17,443 nt of DNA, from IMG/VR virus record IMGVR_UViG_2698536519_000009. The stretch is one strand, 5' to 3'. Below are positions 17,168-17,443 of this stretch, piece by piece; position 1 is the first letter of the stretch; each line of letters opens with the position of its first letter. The notes under the pieces are model-generated. The model made no database searches and was not told the DNA's origin. It saw only the letters and a list, made by a program, of their open reading frames with translations. Origin of the DNA: a virus. Taxonomy: Duplodnaviria; Heunggongvirae; Uroviricota; Caudoviricetes. A program made the translations under genes and the position numbers.

Positions 17168-17443
17168 TTATCGTCGCCGGTTAACTGCGGGTGGTTGCCC
17201 ACGGTTGAGCCAGAGATAACAGCTACCCCCGTCATCCGGAGAAACACGATCCACCCAGAATGTCTCACCATTAATGGTCAGCGTGTCACCACGCCGCACG
17301 GCACGAACCGTATCCGTCCGCACAAATAATGACGGGCTGCTTCCTTCAATACGGACCCCGCTACCGGCAAACCCCAGCGACTCCGGATCGTCAAAAACCC
17401 CCTGAACTTCGCTGCCACACTGTGCCCCCGAGGTGAACTGCGC
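17168..17443 (-). CDS. FII: Head-tail joining protein FII homolog, C-terminal 91 codons only (5' end lies beyond the right edge of the window)
   Basis: Minus-strand translation from the window edge ends ...GVRIEGSSPSLFVRTDTVRAVRRGDTLTINGETFWVDRVSPDDGGSCYLWLNRGQPPAVNRRR*, matching the C-terminus of lambda gpFII from memory. Stop TAA is the complement of 17168-17170. The Z start follows 15 nt downstream, as in lambda. Confidence 0.8.
   Translation of the reverse strand, partial: AQFTSGAQCGSEVQGVFDDPESLGFAGSGVRIEGSSPSLFVRTDTVRAVRRGDTLTINGETFWVDRVSPDDGGSCYLWLNRGQPPAVNRRR

Noticed and set aside
1-17443. tRNA/rRNA genes, CRISPR arrays, integrase/att sites, transposase/IS elements, Chi (GCTGGTGG) sites
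   Set aside because: Visual scan found no cloverleaf-compatible tRNA candidates, no regularly spaced direct repeats, no tyrosine-recombinase-like ORF, no terminal inverted repeats and no exact Chi octamer on either strand. A scan by eye can miss short elements, so these are not reported.

Overview
This window is the tail morphogenesis module of a lambda-like (lambdoid siphovirus) prophage, most plausibly from an Escherichia/Shigella-type enterobacterial genome. All structural genes lie on the minus strand in canonical lambda order: FII (partial, at the right edge), Z, U, V, G/G-T, H, M, L, K, I, J, lom, stf, tfa. Junctions are tightly packed or overlapping, and the lambda G-T programmed -1 frameshift heptamer is conserved in frame. 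Three accessory features stand out: (1) a low-GC class I SAM-dependent methyltransferase gene on the plus strand, inserted between the full tfa and a short chimeric Tfa-like ORF and bracketed by ~215-bp direct repeats; (2) a 342-bp AT-rich non-coding insert between I and J carrying a near-consensus sigma70-type promoter and two hairpin terminators, a candidate small-RNA locus; (3) the lom outer-membrane moron, bracketed by hairpin terminators. Stf and the distal part of J are mosaic. No tRNA, rRNA, CRISPR array, integrase, transposase or invertase was seen. All homology calls rest on my reading of the translations against remembered lambda proteins, not on a database search.
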